From Clostridia bacterium (GTDB taxonomy: Bacteria; Bacillota; Clostridia; Monoglobales; Monoglobaceae), in assembly GCA_045576435.1 (NCBI GenBank), contig JAZNGL010000032.1, forward strand, positions 1-60,542: 60,542 nucleotides of DNA. The letters run 5' to 3'. Each line of letters begins with the position of its first letter. Position 1 is the stretch's first letter. This document shows positions 59,613 to 60,542 of the stretch, in pieces. The translations under genes were made by a program, and so were the position numbers. The notes beneath the pieces are model-generated. The model saw only the letters and a list, made by a program, of their open reading frames with translations, had not been told where the DNA came from and did not search any database.

Positions 59613-60533
59613 TTAATTCTTTGACCAAATGGTGCCAATATCAATAACACTATCTTTGCATCCGTATATTCTTTTTGCGGTTGCAGTTTCACAATTTAAT
59701 CTTATTTGTGGACGAATAACTCTTATTTCATTAAATTCACCATCAACGAGAACTTTTTTTCCGCCTCTGACAACAAGACGCTCGCCAAGCTTTGCGTTAG
59801 TGATTTTTGAATCAGTTTCACCCAAACCATCACCCAAAATAATCATTTTGTCACTTTCAACTCCGTCGAGATTGAAGCCGCCGACTCTTATCATTACATT
59901 ACCATCAGATGGTATACAGGTGATAGAAGCGTCGTCGATATAGTATTTAACCAAGCGGTTCATAACAACAGCAAATTCTGCACGGGAAATATTGCTTTGT
60001 GGATTTAAATATCCGTCAGAACCAGAAACATATCCGTTTGAAATTATGGAAGAAACAGCTGTTTTTGCCCAGTCTGCAACAGAACTGCCATCTTTAAAAG
60101 CTTTGAGAGTTGCATTGCTTATATCTTTGTCGATATCCAAAGAAAATACTCTTGCCAAAACAACAAATGCTTCCTGTCTTGTTATATAGTTTTCGGGGTT
60201 AAGCTTACCGTCAGAACCGGTGAAAGCGCCCATTGCAACGGCTTTTGCCATTGAAGAATAATACCAGGCATCTTTTGAAACATCTGTATATTCAGAAATA
60301 TCAGCTTCTTTAACAGCACCACAAGCACGAACCATAATAGTTGCCATTTCGGCTCTGGTTAAAGAGTTAGATGGATTTATATGTCCATTACTTCCGCTGA
60401 GCAAACCGTTATTCACAGCCGCAGTTAAAGCTTCTGTGGACCAGTCATTTGGCATATCAAGAAAATCTGCAGCAAATGCAAGTTGCGAAAAAGCAAATAA
60501 ACACGCAATAATTAAAACTAAAGTTTTTTTCAT
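59613..60533 (-). CDS. secreted protein with three N-terminal SLH repeats and an unassigned ~110-aa C-terminal domain
   Basis: Signal peptide ...SQLAFA-AD. Repeats FLDMPNDWSTEALTAAVNNGLLSGSNGHINPSNSLTRAEMATIMVRA, YTDVSKDAWYYSSMAKAVAMGAFTGSDGKLNPENYITRQEAFVVLARV and FKDGSSVADWAKTAVSSIISNGYVSGSDGYLNPQSNISRAEFAVVMNRL. Confidence 0.8.
   Translation of the reverse strand: MKKTLVLIIACLFAFSQLAFAADFLDMPNDWSTEALTAAVNNGLLSGSNGHINPSNSLTRAEMATIMVRACGAVKEADISEYTDVSKDAWYYSSMAKAVAMGAFTGSDGKLNPENYITRQEAFVVLARVFSLDIDKDISNATLKAFKDGSSVADWAKTAVSSIISNGYVSGSDGYLNPQSNISRAEFAVVMNRLVKYYIDDASITCIPSDGNVMIRVGGFNLDGVESDKMIILGDGLGETDSKITNAKLGERLVVRGGKKVLVDGEFNEIRVIRPQIRLNCETATAKRIYGCKDSVIDIGTIWSKN
59949..60467 (-). other. 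three tandem SLH repeats (approximate bounds)
   Basis: See the motifs listed for CDS 59613..60533. Confidence 0.7.
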
Positions 60534-60542
60534 AGTATATTC

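Overview
AT-rich Firmicutes/Clostridia-type chromosomal segment; bofA implies an endospore former. No rRNA, tRNA or CRISPR array was seen. About two thirds is conserved housekeeping: rpoB-rpoC with its own promoter, lepA-hemW-hrcA-grpE-dnaK-dnaJ-prmA with a perfect CIRCE operator, dGTPase-dnaG-sigA, trmK-nif3, rsmA-yhbY, metY, pdxK, an rsuA-like gene and galE. Four parts stand out. (1) A ~20.7 kb accessory block (about 5.6-26.2 kb) lies between a yhaO/yhaN-like repair pair and pdxK. It holds a tightly packed five-gene, all-secreted operon: two SLH-domain proteins, an orphan solute-binding lipoprotein, a 1321-aa heparinase II/III-like multidomain protein and an internally duplicated 1829-aa Ig/LamG-like giant. 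A separately promoted 1316-aa paralog of the lyase-like gene follows, then an IS200-type element. No permease, regulator or cytoplasmic catabolic gene is present. (2) At the right edge (58.1-59.6 kb) three overlapping genes encode an HPr-kinase-like P-loop protein, a PqqD-like peptide-binding protein and a cytoplasmic S24/S26-fold peptidase with a Ser/His-type motif. This looks like a peptide-modification (RiPP-style) cassette with no visible precursor or core maturase, and it sits 9 nt downstream of another SLH protein gene. I rate it the best candidate for an undescribed system. (3) An LCP ligase gene plus a GT4-CsaB (pyruvyl transferase) fusion lie directly after rpoC. This is the expected cell-wall-polymer machinery for anchoring the window's four SLH proteins. 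(4) Smaller oddities: a 94-aa hyper-acidic tail on RpoB, a 26-nt perfect palindrome in the rpoB leader, and a membrane-hairpin Rad50-like ATPase co-oriented with a radical SAM gene and a DUF2156 gene. All functional calls come from motif recognition by eye in the supplied translations; no database search was run.
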